Shown: piece after piece, positions 34,516 to 35,631 of the stretch
Layout of the letters: each line of letters begins with the position of its first letter
Numbering within the stretch: the first letter of the stretch is position 1
From: Candidatus Bathyarchaeota archaeon
GTDB lineage: Archaea > Thermoproteota > Bathyarchaeia > TCS64
Length of the DNA: 35,631 nucleotides
NCBI GenBank assembly: GCA_043826455.1
Contig: JBDRQD010000077.1
Span: forward strand, 1 to 35,631
Direction: 5' to 3'
The notes under the pieces: generated by a model
What the model was told of the DNA's origin: nothing
The model's input: the letters and a program-made list of their open reading frames with translations, nothing else
Databases searched by the model: none
Position numbers and translations under genes: made by a program

Positions 34516-35300
34516 CAGTCATAGCTAGACACTCATACCAGGAGCTCTTGGACCTACTACTATGGTTCCACCACCAGGGCCCGACGCCGATACTGATTGG
34601 AGGCTGGGCAGTCTACCTCTACAACTCCTATACAGGGTCCGTGGACGTAGACTTGGTCGGTCCAAGCATGGGAGGCCTCTTCGATGCCACATTAGAGAGC
34701 TTTGAACGGGAACGAGGATATCAGCCAGTGGTCTTCGGACCCATGGGTCTAGGAACCAGCTTCAGGAAACCTATCATCGAGTCCGGTGAGTTGCATGGGT
34801 ACATGGAGATCGATGCATGTACATACGAGAACGACAACCGGGTCTTCAAGGAAAACCCGCTGAAAGAGTTGCCTTATGAGCTGTGCTCAAGAGAAGGGAT
34901 GACTGCTCAGGTGTTATTAGATAGGAGTTGTGAAGCCCTGATCCCTGTGAAGCCTTTGTTGTTTCTATACAAACTGAAGGCGTTGAGAGATAGACAGTAC
35001 GATCTTCGAGAGCAGGGCGCGGTGCTCGGGTATGAGAGGGCTGCTTGGCTGAGGTCGAAGATGGTGAAAGACGGCTCTGATCTGATTAGTCTGCTTGACT
35101 CAGGGGATTATCCTCGTGTGGTTAGTCAACGGTTTGACTCAAGTATATTGAGGAAGATAATTGACGAATATGACCTGGGTTTTATTGTCGAGAGCATCGA
35201 GTCCCTACCTTTAATGTATGAATCTCGCCAACTATACAGAAACATTGATGAAAGCGCCGTGAAGCAATGGGTTATACGCATCCTAGATGAACTACAATAG
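34503..35300 (+). CDS. AbiEii-like Pol-beta nucleotidyltransferase (putative type IV toxin)
   Basis: LIGGWAV...SVDVD and KLKALRDR...KDGSD; 13-nt overlap with the upstream gene. Confidence 0.78.
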   Translation: MEELTVIARHSYQELLDLLLWFHHQGPTPILIGGWAVYLYNSYTGSVDVDLVGPSMGGLFDATLESFERERGYQPVVFGPMGLGTSFRKPIIESGELHGYMEIDACTYENDNRVFKENPLKELPYELCSREGMTAQVLLDRSCEALIPVKPLLFLYKLKALRDRQYDLREQGAVLGYERAAWLRSKMVKDGSDLISLLDSGDYPRVVSQRFDSSILRKIIDEYDLGFIVESIESLPLMYESRQLYRNIDESAVKQWVIRILDELQ

Positions 35301-35340
35301 TTAAACAAGCCTGGTTTCGACAAACATGATTTAAATTATT

Positions 35341-35392
35341 TGGCGCAGGGAGTGGTATGCACCTAAAATTTTATTCTATTGATATTCATTAT
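35341..35392 (-). repeat. About 50-bp direct repeat, copy 2 (tRNA-Ser-like 3' end CCACTCCCTGCGCCA)
   Basis: TGGCGCAGGGAGTGGTATGCACCTAAAATTTTATTCTATTGATATTCATTAT. Confidence 0.85.
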
Positions 35393-35436
35393 TGGGCGCG
35401 CGCTTACAGGTATAATTTTCCTGTGTTTATCAAGTT

Positions 35437-35466
35437 GAGCGGAAGGGATTCGAAACCCGGCGGTTT
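35437..35466 (-). repeat. Degenerate tRNA T-arm fragment
   Basis: Plus strand GGGATTCGAAACCCGGCGGTT compared with GGGATTCGAACCCATGCGGTT at 33306-33326. Confidence 0.6.
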
Positions 35467-35631
35467 GAGTTGTCATTTCGAAAACTAAATCCCAAGTCAA
35501 CTATTTAAACGGCCTGAGGCATCTAGGAATCATATACTCTTATTGGAATCTCGTTTGCGTGTGTAAATACATTAATAACTTTTATGTTCTATGAATAAAT
35601 TGAATCATAAAACTCACGTTAACTTATATTT

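Noticed and set aside
1..35631. Integrase, transposase or viral genes that would explain the arrays
   Set aside because: No ORF with tyrosine recombinase R-H-R-Y, serine recombinase or DDE motifs was recognised in the window.

Overview
Archaeal genomic DNA (TFE, Trm56, archaeal-type YchF and DRG GTPases, archaeal tRNAs). Gene content resembles Bathyarchaeia, which is an inference. A GC-rich backbone carries peptide and amino-acid salvage genes, an ABC transporter, an SPFH protein plus Lon-like protease pair, tRNA-Val and housekeeping genes. Two AT-richer accessory tracts (about 2.7-6.5 kb and 33.3-35.6 kb) have one- or two-gene units separated by short, co-oriented copies of tRNA 3' ends (T-arm plus acceptor strand, sometimes with CCA). 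The cargo is an SDR, an acetoacetate decarboxylase-like protein, a flavin reductase, two VOC proteins, an AbiE-type toxin-antitoxin pair and gene remnants. No integrase lies in the window. This candidate tRNA-end-delimited, integron-like cassette system is the main finding. Other observations: a tRNA-Leu(TAG) whose 3' acceptor strand does not pair, two dispersed non-coding repeat families with conserved stems and G-strings, kb-scale G+T/A+C strand-skew domains, and several proteins with altered catalytic motifs. All calls were made by eye without database searches.
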